A stretch of DNA of 60,000 nucleotides from Lama glama (GCA_028534125.1 CM052832.1:12774001-12834000); one strand, 5' to 3'. Positions 24,830 to 37,805 are shown, counted from the first letter of the stretch. A program made the numbers and translations. The notes: generated by a model from the letters alone, not told the origin.

Positions 24830-25920
24830 TAATCACGGAATGTCAGGGTTGGTAGGACCCTGAAAGGTCACCTAGTACAGCCACCCACAGGATGGAGGAA
24901 TTCTTTCTAAACATGCCCATCAACTAGTCTTAAACACTGCCAAGAACTATAGCTTTTGTACAATTTTTTTAATGGCTCTGACTTGACATCTTTCTAGCTA
25001 TAAATTCCATCTATTGGCACTGATCCTGCCCTGGGCACCAACAGAAAAATCTCCAACCCCCTTTCACATGACAGCTATAAAGTCTCTACCAAATCTTCCC
25101 TTCTCTTGCTTGGCCTTATGTTCCCAGTTACTTCAACCTAACTCTATAGCATAGGTTTGAGTCTTTTTGCCATCCTGATGGGTTTGTGAAGAGAATCCTG
25201 GTTTATTTTCATTCCTGGATGCTGTTTTAAGAAACATAAATTTAATTTTTATTACACAGTCAAATGCAAGTATCACTTTCCCAGTTCTAGATAGTATCAC
25301 TGGAGCATATAAATTGCATCAGCTTTCATAGCAGATCTATCGCATTGCCAATGTATTCTTAGGCTTAGGAATGATTAAATTTCTTGGTCTAACCTTCCCC
25401 TTAGAATTTCCTATGCTAAGTCATGTCCCTTCTTTCCTGTACTTGACTAGTTGGTAAATTTGGATTCAAGTGCAGGACCTTACATTGATTCCTGTTAAAT
25501 TTCATCTTGTTAGTTCAGCCTGTCATGAGCTTGTCAAGACCTTTCTGAATTTTTAAACCCCATCAGACATACTCAATATCCCTCCCAGCTTTGAGTCATC
25601 CACCAAACTGATATGATGCCCTCTGTACCTTCCAAGACACAGATAAAAAGATTAAAGCAGGATGTAGCCAAAGGCAAAGTTGTCAGAAAAGCCTAGCAAA
25701 CATTCTACCACACAATCTGGGTACAACTTCAATGAGTTATAATGCAACCAAAAGATGAAAAAGTCCATATTGTCCATCTTATCCACAAGGACAGCATGAG
25801 AGCCTCTGGAGAAGGTTGCAAAGAAGCCGCAATTCACATCAATCATATCTTCCTAATGGACAAGTCTAGTGCATAATAACCCTGTCAAGGAAGGAAGTGA
25901 AATTCTTCTGGGATCCAGAT
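24830..25920 (-). mobile_element. CR1/L3 LINE fossil
   Basis: CR1-type 3' end (AATCACGGAATGTCAGGGTTGG...GGTCACCTAGTACAGCC) and a decayed RT-like peptide in ORF 25652..25846. Confidence 0.6.
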
Positions 25921-26139
25921 TGTAGAATTCCCTGTTTATTCTTCTTGGTGCACAAGCCACTCCTATAATGACCCATAACCCAATCTTACCTGGGAACATT
26001 AAGCCGAATGGTTCCCCTTGAAACAAAATGCCCTTTTTGTTCCTCTTGAAAAGCTTTCAGAATCATGCCTGTCCTCCTCAGTCTGTCAAAAACCACCATG
26101 ACTCTTTGCCCCCATCTATGCCTCCCCCCAAACTCTCAC

Positions 26140-26900
26140 CTCACTTACTGGCACTACCATCCAACCTACTGCTTCGCTCAAAACCTAGGAAACATCTTTG
26201 ATTCACTCTATGTCCCTCAACCCCACATTCAAATCATCAGCAAAATCTACTGGCTATAGTTCAAATATATCCTAAATCTATTCACTTCTCTCTCTCAATG
26301 GCCACTACCTTAATCCAAACAACAATGCCTCCTCCAGTTATGCTGTTTTTGCTTCTGTGCTAGCCCCTTATACTTCACACAGTAGCTGGGGTGGTAATAT
26401 AAAAACTTTAAACCAGATCATTTCCCTTCTTGAAATTCTCTAATAATCCAACTTCCTTCCACAAACTCTGAAGTCCTCAGTGCCCTAACCCCCTCTCCCT
26501 CTTTAGTCTTACCTCACATCATGATCAGAAACACTCACTGATACCTGAGGGTATTTCTACCTGTTCCCTCTGGTAGAACATTCTTCTCTCAGACATTTGC
26601 ATGGGCTTCTTCCATCTTTCAAGGCTCAGCTCCTCAGAGGCCTACTCCGATTACCTGATCTAAAGTTGCTGCCTGCTCCCTCCCCATTGCATTCCTTCAC
26701 ATTATTAGCATGCATTTACCACAATCCAAAATTATCTTACTAGTTTATTTTTGTCTATTTTCATTTATTTATTCTTCTAAATTTATCTTTAGAATACAAA
26801 TTTCATGAGCAAGGTCCTTATTTTTCTTGTGTACCACCATATTTCTGTACTCCTCTGAGCCTCTTTCTGCTCAGTAGACATCTGTGAATAAACGAAAGAA
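26140..26900 (+). mobile_element. L2 LINE 3' fragment
   Basis: AAAACCTAGGAAACATCTTTGATTC...CCCCACATTCAAATCATCAGCAAAATCT...; ends GAATAAACGAA. Confidence 0.6.
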
Positions 26901-27600
26901 TAAAGATATCGTACTTACGAGTCCTCCCAGATTCTAGGATGGGTTGTTTTTTTTTTTTAGGTTAGAAGTTAGAAAATGGGTTATTACCATTTTCTCTGGA
27001 AACCACGTAGCAGCACCCAGGAACCTTACAATCTCACTTACTCTCCTTTAAAATGTTGTGGTGACCACCTCCACCAAAACCCTGAGTCTGAAGTTTCAAT
27101 GCTTTGACAGTTTGGCAGAAGTTCCATTAATTATAGAAGTTCTTCTGAATTAATACATATATCCTTTAAAAATGGAATGTTCAGACTTAAAGTGATTGCT
27201 ATCAAATTATCCATGACATTTTCCATAGAACTAGAACAAAAAAATCCTAAAAATGTATATGGAACCACAAAAGATCCAGGATTGCCAAATCAATCCCAAG
27301 GAAAAAGAACAAAGCTGGAAGCATTAACTCGTCTACGCTTCAGACAATACTACAAAGCTACAGTAATCAAAATAGTGTGGTACTGGCACAAAAACAGACA
27401 TATGGATGAATGGAACAGAATAGAGAGCCCAGAAATGAACCCACACACCTATGGACAATTAATCTTTGACAAAGGAGGCAAGAATATACAATGGAGAAAA
27501 AACAGTCTCTTTAGCAAATGGTGCTGAGAAAGCTGGACAGCTGCATGTAAATCAATGAAGTTAGAATACTCCCTCACACAATATACAAAAATAAACTCAA

Positions 27601-27758
27601 GTTGGGGAGGGTATAGCTCAGTGGTAGAGCGCATGCTTAGCATGCACGAGAACCTGGGTTCAATTCCCAGTACTGCCATTAAAATAAATAAATAAACATA
27701 ATTATCTTCCTTCTGAAAAAAACTTTAAAATTTAAAAATTTAAAAATTTTTAAAAATA
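27601..27758 (+). mobile_element. tRNA-derived SINE (vic-1-like) inserted in L1 ORF2
   Basis: SINE head; 16-bp TSD ACAAAAATAAACTCAA (27585-27600 and 27759-27774). Confidence 0.88.
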
Positions 27759-28914
27759 ACAAAAATAAACTCAAAACGGTTTAAAGACCTAAATATGAGA
27801 CATGACACCATAAAACTCCTAGTAGAAAATTAGGCAAAACATTTTTACATAAATTGTAGCAATGTTTTCCTAGGTCAACCTCCCAAGGCAAAAGAAAGAA
27901 AAGCAAAAATAAACAAACAGGACCTAATCCAATCTATAAGCTTTTGCACAGCAAAGGACTGGGAGAAAACATCTGCAAACAATGTGAACAAGGGCTTAAT
28001 TTCCAAAATATACAAACAGCTCATACAACTCAATATCAAAAAAACAACCAACCAAATCAAAAAATGAGCATAAGACCTAAATAGACATTTCTCCAAAGAC
28101 AAAGAGATGGCCAACAGGCACATGAAAAGATGCTCAACATCTCTAATTATTAAATAAATGCAAATCAAAACTACAGTGAGGTACCACCTCACATTGGTCA
28201 GAATGGTCATCATCAAAAAGTCTACAAATAATAAATACTGGAGAGGGTGTGGAGTAAGGGGAACCCTCCTGCATTATTGGTGGGAGTGTAAATTGTCACA
28301 GCCACTATGGAGAACAGTATGGAAGTTCCTTAAAAAACTAAAATAGAGTTACCACATGATCTACCAATCCCACTCCTGGGCAAATACCCCCAAAAATAAA
28401 AACTCTAATTCGAAAAGATACACACATCCCAAAGTTCATAACAGCACTATTTACAATAAGCAAGACATGGAAGCAACCTGTGTCCACTGACAGATGAATG
28501 GATAAAGAAGACGTGGTGTGTGTGTGTTTATAAATACGTATAAAATATATAATGGAATATTACTCAGCCATAAAAGAGTGACATAATGCCATCTGCAGCA
28601 ATGTGGATGGAACAAGGGACTATCATACTAAGTAAAGTAAGTCAGACATAGAAAGACAAATATATGATATTATTTGTGTAATCTTAAAAAATGATTTAAA
28701 TGAACTTATTTACAAAACAGAAAGAGACTCACAGACATAGAAAACAATCTTATGACTACCAATGGGGAAGGAGGGAGGGAAAAATTTGGAGTTTGGGATT
28801 AACAGATACATACTACTACATATAAAATAGTTAAAGAACAAGGACCTACTGTATAGCACAGGGAACAATAGTCAATATCTTATAATAACCCAATACGGAA
28901 AAGAATCACAAAAA

Positions 28915-28916
<2 letters not shown>

Positions 28917-28956
<40 letters not shown>
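28917..28956. repeat. (AT)20 microsatellite inside L1 3'UTR
   Basis: Perfect dinucleotide run of 40 bp. Confidence 0.95.
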
Positions 28957-28958
<2 letters not shown>

Positions 28959-29149
28959 ATAACTGAATCACTTTGCTGCATACCTGAAACTAATATGTCA
29001 CTGTGAATCAATTATCTTTCAATTAAAAAACATTTTTTTTAAATTTTTAAGTGGAATGTTTAAGGATTTATCTGTCACCCATACTCAGTAAGAACTTCCA
29101 TTTAGGTAGCCTTATTTCTGATAAAGAAAGTATTCAGTATTCCATTAAA

Positions 29150-29521
29150 AATTTTTTTTCTTTTTTTCAAATTGAAGTATAGTCAGCTACAATGTGTCAG
29201 TTTCTAGTGTACAGCATAATGTCCCAGTCATGCATACACACACACACACATATTTGTTTTCATACTCTTTCATTAAAGGATATTGGAAGAACTCGGTTCC
29301 CTGTGCTATACAGAAGAAATTTGTTTATTATCTATTTTTATATATAGTAGTTAACATTTGCAAATCTCAAACACCCAAATTTATCCCTTCTCACCCCCTT
29401 CCCCCACCCCGATAACCATTAGATTGTTTACTATGTCTGTGAGTCTGTTTCTGTTTTGTAGATGAGTTCATTAGTGTCCTCTTTTCTCTCTTTTTTTTTT
29501 TTAGATTCCACATATGAGTGA
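29150..29521 (-). mobile_element. LINE-1 3'UTR fragment
   Basis: Poly-T, TTGAAGTATAGTCAG, GTTCCCTGTGCTATACAG and TTAGATTCCACATATGAGTGA. Confidence 0.85.
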
Positions 29522-30810
29522 TCAATATCCCATTTTAATACTTGAGGAGAGACAATCAGATTGCCATCGTGGGTAGCCTGGAGAAAGTAGTACAAAAAAA
29601 GAGATGAGCACCTTTTTCTGAAATTGCCTCCTTTGAACTCTGAATCCAGAAAAAGAAGAAAACACTATTTTTTTGTCCTTCCCTTCACTGTCTGGTCCTA
29701 GAATTTACTGTGATACTACTGATACTTCACCTACACCATGGTTAGAGTCTGTATGAGCTTATCTGAATATCCCAGCACCATTCATAGCATAAAACTAAAT
29801 TTTGCATGGGAACTGAGTGCCAACAAACTGCCAACTCATGGTTGGGGGTTGCTGTCATTTACAAGTTTTGTAAGCCTTTGAGCTTACTGACATTACTGGT
29901 CTACAAGAGCATCTTGGGTGTCTTTACCCACTTTCACTAATGCTTTCTTCCTGGGCATGACATGTACTGTTTCCATGATGACCAAGAAATCCCCAAGAAC
30001 CATCCTTTCCCTTTTTCCAACACTCTTAGGGCAGAGAGCTTCATGAAAACCAAATACAAGAGAAGAAAAGGAAACAAATGAAGATACTATGGTTTCCCCC
30101 AAAGGCCTAGATATTTCTTGGGCCTGGGGACTAGGTGAAGTGCAATAAATCTCTAATTTGTTTTTCTAACGAAACTCCCTGGATTGGTTTAAGAATTTTA
30201 AAGACAGCCATTCAGGCAGACAGTTTACTACAGTATTCCCTTCAGTGAAATCAGAGGAACTCTGTTTTATTATTATATGAGACTTTGAGGGGAACTGGGA
30301 AGGCAAAAAACAGACTTACTCTACTGCTGTTAACTAAATGATATTGGCATACCTCCTAAAATCTTTTGCACACCAGCCTGTGCTATGGTTTGGGGACCAT
30401 TACAATAAGCAAGACTTCCTCTCTTGGCTTAACTCAAGCCTCTCCTCACATACAATGCAGGCTATGCTGCAACTACTTCCTAAGACCCAACCTTGTAGAC
30501 AAGCAGACCAAGGCAGACCTCTCCTCCATACAGGCCTCCAAGGCAAGCCACTCTTTCCACTATGTCTTCACCATTCAGTCTGGTTTGTATGGCTCTCTCC
30601 TCAGAGATGCAGCCCCACACAAGATTAACCAATAGTTTAAAACATGTGCAGGAGTACTTTATAGTCCTCTTGCCCTTGCTTTAGAGGCTGTAATTCTTTC
30701 TGCCTGCCCCATCTCCCAAGACTCCTAGGGCTTCCAAGCTATGCAAAAGTAATGAATTAATAATCCATAGCAACTGAATCTGAAAGAATTAATTAACATG
30801 ACCACGAAGT

Positions 30811-30924
30811 GGGGAGAGTATAGCTCAGTGGTAGAGTACAGTACAGGCTTAGGATGCACAAGGTCCTGGGTTCAATCCCCAGTACCTCCATCAAAAAAAT
30901 AAAATTAATTAATTAATTATTTAA
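30811..30924 (+). mobile_element. tRNA-derived SINE (vic-1-like)
   Basis: SINE head; 20-bp TSD AATTAACATGACCAC(G/T)AAGT. Confidence 0.88.
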
Positions 30925-31989
30925 AATTAACATGACCACTAAGTTCCTTACAGGGTTGTTTGTGAGAGTGTGGTACATGTACAGGACTCAGATTAAGTAA
31001 TGTATGTGAAAACCCAAACCCTATACAAAATAAGGTATAGTTACTATTGTTCAGATGTTAGTATCTTCATTTGTTCAAGCTTCCCAAAAGTATATGCTTT
31101 TGAAAAGGGCTGTGCAGGGAATGTCAATGCTCAAGCTAAAAGAAGGAATGCCTAAAGTGGACTTTCAGGCAGTGTTACCTACACAGAAAAAAGATTTGGG
31201 GGCAGAAGTATCTTCCTCGTGTTTTTCAATTCACAGCATACAAATAACCCTGTAAAATCCCCAAATCTAGCAACATGTAAGGCTGGACCTGAATCCCTCC
31301 TCTGACTTGAGGAACCACTGCTCTTAGGCAAGTACTAAATAGTCCACAATTTGGCACCTGGATCATACAGTCTGCATGGATGGTCTCAAACTGCTTCATT
31401 ATATAAAATCCTCTTTCCCCATTCAAGCAATAAACACTTTGGGAGCAGAAGTCATTATTATTTGTCCCTCTCACACTACGCCAATGTAAGTAACGAATGA
31501 ATGCCTCGGAGACTGAACTGAGACTGTAACTTATAGGGAAAATCTAGTTAAACATACATAATAATCAAAAGACTTATCTTTCACACAAATCCTTTCCAAA
31601 ACCCAAACGGTTCCCAGTCACCACAAACTGACCTCTGATCTAGCCCTCATCCTCAAGCTGACTGCACTCCCTCTCTCTCCCCCTCTCTCTTCCATCTAGT
31701 GGTGTCTAGAATCACCACCCCAGTTTCAGTGGCCTCCAACAGAAACCGCGCCTCACCTGTCCTTTCTAAAATTTTTGTTTTGCGTTTACGACCGCATACC
31801 CCAACCCATCTCAGGGGGTACTGATTGGCAGCACCGAGACTCAAGATAATTGTGACCCAAACCAACAAGGCGTCAATTCTCCCCCAAAAGTTAGAAAGGA
31901 AGGAGACATCTTTACATTAAAGTTTGAGTATTTTAAGGGACATGACCCCACACTCACAATCGTTTCATCGTTTTCAAAATAAACTTGAG

Positions 31990-32900
31990 AAAGTTCACGC
32001 TCTCAGCAGCCCTCCCGGCCCCCTGCCTTGCCCCGGGCTGTTCTCGACTCGTGGATATTGGGGCAGCTCTGCCTCCCGGTTCCGCCGCCGGGGCTGAGCA
32101 CCATTGGGCTCCGTGCGACCTTAACAGGGGCTGTCCCAACCCCTCAACCCATCAACTCAGTTGCCTCCTACCCCCTCGAAACTCCAGCAGTCCTCATATC
32201 CCCTACGGCCGCCTCTTGCTCTGCTTCTCTACCAGGCTCCTTTACGCAGCCCAGCCTCCGGCCCCAGCTCGCCGCTCCAGCCTAGGCCGCTCTCCTACGC
32301 GCTCCCTACTTCCCCCGTACACATCCCAGCTCAGAATCCCCAACCACTCGCACTAGACTTTCTCCCTCCCAAAGAAACACCCTTCACCGCTCTCTCCTCT
32401 TCCTTCTCCCACCTCCTCTTTTCCATTCGTCCCTCCCGCCCGGACGCCGGGCCTTCCTCTGGCCCTCCCCCTCACCTCGTTTCCATCCTCCAGCAGCAGC
32501 CACCCGGCGCTCATCCCCACGCGCCGCAAGCACCAGCTCCGGCCACCGGGGCGGTCTCCCGTGACCGAGGAGCCGGGGTCCCCCATAGCCCACTCGGCCC
32601 GGGGCGCAGTCAGCACAGAGCGAGACCCGGACCCGGGTTCCCGCCGCCTCTTCGCTTCCTCGCGGGCACCATACCTACACAACAGGCGGAAGCAGTCACT
32701 ACGCGCTCGCGATCTGAGCGAACTCTCGCTCGGGCTCCGCCCCAAGCCCGCCCCTGGCCGGCAAGCCGGAGTCTTTGCGCCTGAGCAGGAGGAGGGCTGC
32801 GGCAAGGGAGGAGCAGGTGTGGGTGGTATAGCCCAAGGTCTGGCGCCTCTGGCCCGAGGCACTCCAATTCTCCCGTCGCAACTTCACTGCTCTCTCTAGA
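31990..32900 (-). promoter_or_regulatory. RNF8: CpG island / RNF8 promoter and 5'UTR
   Basis: Sharp rise in GC and CpG around exon 1; two GC boxes on the minus strand (GGGGCGGAG 32735-32743, GGGGCGGG 32747-32754); no obvious TATA box; island limits approximate. Confidence 0.85.
32476..32586 (-). CDS. RNF8: RNF8 coding exon 1 (MGDPGSSVTGDRPGGRSWCLRRVGMSAGWLLLEDGNE), start of the FHA region
   Basis: ATG at 32586-32584 in GCTATGG context; 111 nt; donor GAG|GTGAG; peptide matches the RNF8 N-terminus. Confidence 0.96.
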
Positions 32901-33911
32901 ACCGCCACCCAGTCCAAGATGCCCTAAACGAGGCTCTTCTCACTTTTCCTCTTTTTTTCAAATTTTGCTTTACGATGATTTTCATGTTTTTTAAAATTAC
33001 AGCCAACTTTTTAAACAACTTTTAACTTGTGATAATTTTTAAATCTATTGTCTTTATAAATTGCATCTCTTTTGCATGATCTTTTACAAGTGAATTTTTA
33101 AAAACTTATACTGTACTTGGCAAATCTATCAGAGGCAGAAAGCATAGTTATCTGGGGCTAGGTGTGAAAGCCAGGAGTTGAATGCAGACGGACTTGAGGG
33201 AATTTTGGGGGCTGATAGAAATGTTCTAAAACTGGATTGTGGTGAACACCTGAACATAATATTGTAAACTATATTTCAACTAAAAATGAATGAAAACAAA
33301 ACTGAATTATAGTAATGATTGCACAACCATATAAATTTACTAAAATGTCCTCGAAGCATGCACTTGCAATGGGTGAATTTTACGGTATGCAAATTAGCCT
33401 CAATAAAGCTGTTAATTAAAAAAACAGAATAAATTCAGACTCTTTTCTTTGATTCTCCAGTACAGTCTGGTAGTTTCTCCCTGTAGTGACTATGTCGGTA
33501 ATAAACTAATGCCCTCTTTTGTTTTTTCAGTTTTCCAATACCTGGTTAACAATTTTCTTAAATTGTGTCAGGAGAAAATACATATACTAAGTGAATCATA
33601 CAAAGTGCAATAGTTGATGGCTAACATTTATTGAGGGCCAAGTGCCAAGTATTAGGCCAAGCATCCTATGTACCTTATTCTATTTACTCCTCACAAACAA
33701 TATGACGATGGGGATTACAATTATAATTCCTACTTTAGGAATGATGAGGAAAGCAGCACAGAGAGTTTTAGTAATCTTCCCAAAGTAACAAATTAAATAG
33801 TGGAGGAGGTTGCCAATTCAGATCTATTTCCAGAAGCTACTTTCCCAACCATGGTTGCAGTCCCAGCCTGGAGCGTTCTGTCTGTGTGGCATTGTCAGAT
33901 CAAGAATTTCT

Positions 33912-34046
33912 ACAGAGAAAAAAATGTGACAATGAGTGTGTATATGTCCATGAATGACTGAAAAATTGTGCTGAACACTGGAATTTGACACAACACTGTA
34001 AAATGATTATGAATCAATAAAAATTACTGAACCTCTCAAAAAAAAA
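33912..34046 (+). mobile_element. Short LINE-1 3' tip (same family as 7626-7804)
   Basis: AAAATGTGACAATGAG...GGAATTTGACACAACACTGTAAAATG; 10-bp TSD AAGAATTTCT. Confidence 0.8.
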
Positions 34047-34598
34047 AAGAATTTCTGCCTTTGTTGTCACAGAGAGTCAGGAAAAACACACTTGAAGTGA
34101 AGGGAAAGACAGAAGTTCTCAGCAGAGAAACAGAAAATATACACAGAATCAAATGGAAATGTTAGAACTGGAAACCACAATATCTGAAATAAAAATTCAC
34201 TGTATGAGTTTTAGAATGGAGATCACAGAAAAGGAGTCAACGAACTTGAAGACAGATGAAGAAAAAGTATCTAATCTGAAGAACAGAAAGAAAAAAAAGA
34301 TTAAAAAAAACTCCAATGAACAAGAGTCTTAGAGACTGCGGGTTCAACATTCCTGTCATTAGAGTCCCACAAGTAAGAGATTGGTGCAGAAAGAAATATT
34401 TGAAGAAATAGTAGCTGAAAGCATCCAACTTTGGTAAAAGGCATGAAATTATAGATTCAAGAAACTAAGTGTAACCCTAACAGGATAAATGCAAAAACAA
34501 AAAACAAAAAAAACCCTCCAAAAACCAAAAAACAGAACAACCTACAGACACATAATCAAACCCAAAGAAATAGAGAAAAATCTTGACAGTCTGAGAAA

Positions 34599-35249
34599 CA
34601 ATATGGCAGCTCCTCAGAAAATTAAAAATAGAATTACCATATGATCCAGCAATTCCACTTCTAGATATATACACAACAGAATTGAAATCAGGGTCTCAAA
34701 GAGATATTTATGTACTCATGTTCATAGCAGCATTATTCAAAATAGCCCCCCAAATGGAAGCAAGCCAACTGACCATTGACAGACGAATGGAAAAACAAAA
34801 TATGGCATATATATATACATATATATATACACACACATATACACACACATATATACAATGGAATATTATTCAGCCTTAAGAAAGAAATTCTGATATATGC
34901 CAAAACATGGATGAATCTTGAGGACCTTATTATGATAAGTGAAATAACACCTGTCACAAAAAAACAATACTGTTATTATTCCACTTACACGATGTACCTA
35001 GAGGGGTCAAATTCATGGAGACAGAAAGTAGAATGGTGGTTGCCAGGGGGTGGGGGCAGAGAGAAATAGACAGCTATTATTAGTACAGAGTTTCAGTTTT
35101 GTAAGATAAAAAGAGTTCTGGAGATAGATGGTGGTGACAGTTGCACAAAAATGTGAATGTACTTCACACTACTGAACAGTATTCTTAAAAATTAAGATGG
35201 CAAATTTTATGTCATGTGTGTGTATACTGTGCTATAACTTTTTAAAAAG
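34599..35249 (+). mobile_element. Nested LINE-1 3' end
   Basis: GAATTACCATATGATCCAGCAATTCCACTTCTAG...GACAGAAAGTAGAATGGTGGTTGCCAGGGG; 12-bp TSD CAGTCTGAGAAA. Confidence 0.85.
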
Positions 35250-35967
35250 CAGTCTGAGAAAAATGATTAATTACATATAGAACAATGATTTCAATGGCTG
35301 TGGATTTCTCAACAGAAACTGTGGAAGCAGGAAGACAGCGGGACAGCATCTTTAAATTGCTGAAAGAAAACTGTATCCAGAGAAAATAAATTCAGGACTG
35401 AAGGCAAATTAAAGATAATTCTCAGGTGAAGGAAAATTAGGAGAATTGTTAGCATATTTGCTATAAGAGAAGTGCTCAAGGAAGTTTCTCGGGCTGAAGG
35501 GAAATAATAGCAGAGGGAAACTTGGGACTTAAGGGATCAAGGAAGCACACAAATGGTAAGTGTCTCCTCTTAAATTCTTTAAAATATGTGTAACTATTGA
35601 GAATGAAACTTAGTATCTGGTGACATTTGCGAAGTATCTCAACATAATTCACACAACAACTATAACATAAAAGGGGAAGGGAACAACAACTATATGGTTA
35701 TGAGGCTTCCACATTTTACCTGAAGTGATAAAATAGTAACTGTAAGTAGTTAGATATGTATATTGTAACCCTTAGAGCAAGCTCTTAAAAAATATGAGAT
35801 AATAACCAAAAGCCAATATATGTATTAAAATAAAATGCTAAAAATAATTCAAATAATCCAAAAGATGACAGGAAAGGGGAGAGACAGGAACAAAAAACAA
35901 AGGGAACAAACAGAAAACAAATAAAATAGTAGACCTAAATCCAACCATATTTATTTTATTTGTAAAT

Positions 35968-36120
35968 GGGAGAGGGAAGGTATAGGTCAAGGGGTAAAAT
36001 GCATGCTTCAGCATACACAAGGCCCTAGGTTCAATCCCCCAGTACCTCCTCTAAAAATAAACAAATAAGTAAACCAAATTACTTCCCCGCCAAAAAAACA
36101 AATAAAAAATTTTAAAAATA
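35968..36120 (+). mobile_element. Diverged tRNA-derived SINE (vic-1-like)
   Basis: Degenerate head with GGTTCAATCCCCCAGTACCTCC and an A-rich tail. Confidence 0.75.
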
Positions 36121-37309
36121 TATTACTTGTAAATAGTCTAAATGCCATCAGTTAAAAAGAAGAGACTGTCAGATTGGATTGGAGAACAAAACCCATCTAT
36201 ATCCTGTCTCTATGAAACCCACATAAACATAAAGACAAGGTTAAAAGCATGGAGAAAAACTTTGCAGACCAGAGGTTTGAAGAGCAGGTCTGGGTTTTCC
36301 TCTTGGAGAGCTGGGTCAGGTGGGACAGGTGTGTTAGGGTCACTATAGAGACAAGCTTAGTATCCCAACAGCAGAAGTGGTGAGTCCCCAAGGTCTGGCT
36401 CCCAGACTCCCCACCTCAGCTGTCAATTCAAGCAGGGAGTTTCACACTCATCACCCAGAAGCCACAGCTCAAAACCACCTGCGGAACCACAGTAAGCAAG
36501 GGTTCTCCTTGCTTCCAAGAATTCTAATTCAGCCTTTGCCAAAATAGGAAGCCACTCCAATTGGCTGTAGCTGTGGCTACCCTGGCAAATTGGCACAGGC
36601 TCCAAAGAGCCTGGTTTTGTATAATGTGCTTTATGTTCTCTGATTCTGTGTGAATCTCATCTTTTCATCGTGAGTCTAATGTATCCTCTCCTTGGTGTCC
36701 ATGGCAGCTTTCAAAACTGTCTCCAAACAGAAAGGGAGTGTTGGAAGTCCTGAGGAGAGAGGTATGACTCTAACCACGAAGATTTACAAAGCTGTGCAAC
36801 ATGCAAAGTACAATCTAAGACAAGCCAAATGCTGTCAACAAGAGGCTCATGCCTCTAGGAGCAGAGGTCACTATTTGAGGAATCTGGGACATTGTTCCTT
36901 CACAGATGAATAAAAACAGAGGTGGGGCTGACTTAAGTAGAATTGTAGAGATTTTGATTGCAGAGAGGTTGGATAAATTATAGATCAGACTATGCCAGGA
37001 TTAGTTTGAAAGTTTTCACACATTTCCTAACCATGGTCAAACATATTTCAGAAAATGCTTGACATCCCATGTACATGAAAAACAGAATTTTTGAATGAAG
37101 GTAAGTCCAGGTCAGTTATTTTCTCTACCAGGCGCAGGAACAATTAATGGCCTCAGTCCAAATACTATCACGTAGAAGTACTGTCCATGTTTTATGAAAA
37201 AGGTTAAATTCCAAGGTTACTTGTGAACAGTCACTTGAAGTTCAGCCAGATCCATCACCTACTCCCAGATGCTTAGGGGAAAATCTGGTCTTTATTTTCA
37301 TAAGTTCTT

Positions 37310-37805
37310 ATTGCAAAGATGGCTACTTGAACCCTAATGATCTATTTTCCCCTTCCTCCATTGTATAGAGTCCTGATTTTGAGCCAAGCATATGGCTGCA
37401 TGGAATAGACTAATTCCCCACCCTCTCTTGCAACTAGGTGTGACCTACCATGGGACTAAGCTCTGGCCTGTGAGTCATCTCAGAGCAGGTATTATGAAGC
37501 AGCTTTCCGGAATTGTCTATAAAACACTACTTGCACGTTTCCTTCATTCTTTTTTGGCTCCTTTCTTTAATCCACCCAGTTGCTTGGAACGTAGATGTAG
37601 TAGCTGAAGTGCTAGCTGCCTTCTTGACCATTCAGACCTGAAGGAGTCCAGGTTCCTGAAGACTCTGTGAAACAGACTCATCACACCAGCCCTGGGCTGC
37701 CTACTTTTGGACTTTTATGTGAGGGAGAAGTAAATCCCCATGTTGTGTCAGCCGCTGTTATTTTTTGGTATCTGTGGCATCTTGCTAAATTTAATCCTAA
37801 TATAG
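37310..37805 (+). mobile_element. MLT1-type (MaLR) solo LTR
   Basis: CCATGGGACTAAGCTCTGGCC...GGACTTTTATGTGAGGGAGAAGTAAAT...AATCCTAATA. Confidence 0.55.

Larger units (their letters stand above)
27182..29048 (+). mobile_element. 5'-truncated LINE-1 (ORF2 C-terminal part and 3'UTR)
   Basis: Decayed ORF2 peptides YYKATVIKIVWYWHKNRHMDEWNRIESPE and [19 protein letters not shown] about AA(A/G)TGGAATGTT. Confidence 0.92.
34080..36240 (+). mobile_element. Old LINE-1 (ORF1 to ORF2 start) interrupted by a younger L1 and a SINE
   Basis: A-rich decayed ORF1-like sequence; LSDWIGEQNPSICCL-like endonuclease start near 36165; limits approximate. Confidence 0.65.

Noticed and set aside
27177..28346. ORFs resembling a retroelement protein
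   Set aside because: Broken, 5'-truncated L1 ORF2 interrupted by a SINE; not an active element.
32587..32862. Open frame upstream of and in frame with the RNF8 ATG (possible N-terminal extension)
   Set aside because: There is no in-frame ATG, long open frames are expected in a CpG island, and it probably extends past the TSS.
31985..32899. Several overlapping plus-strand ORFs of up to 207 aa
   Set aside because: Pro/Ala/Arg-rich by-products of GC content with no recognisable domain.
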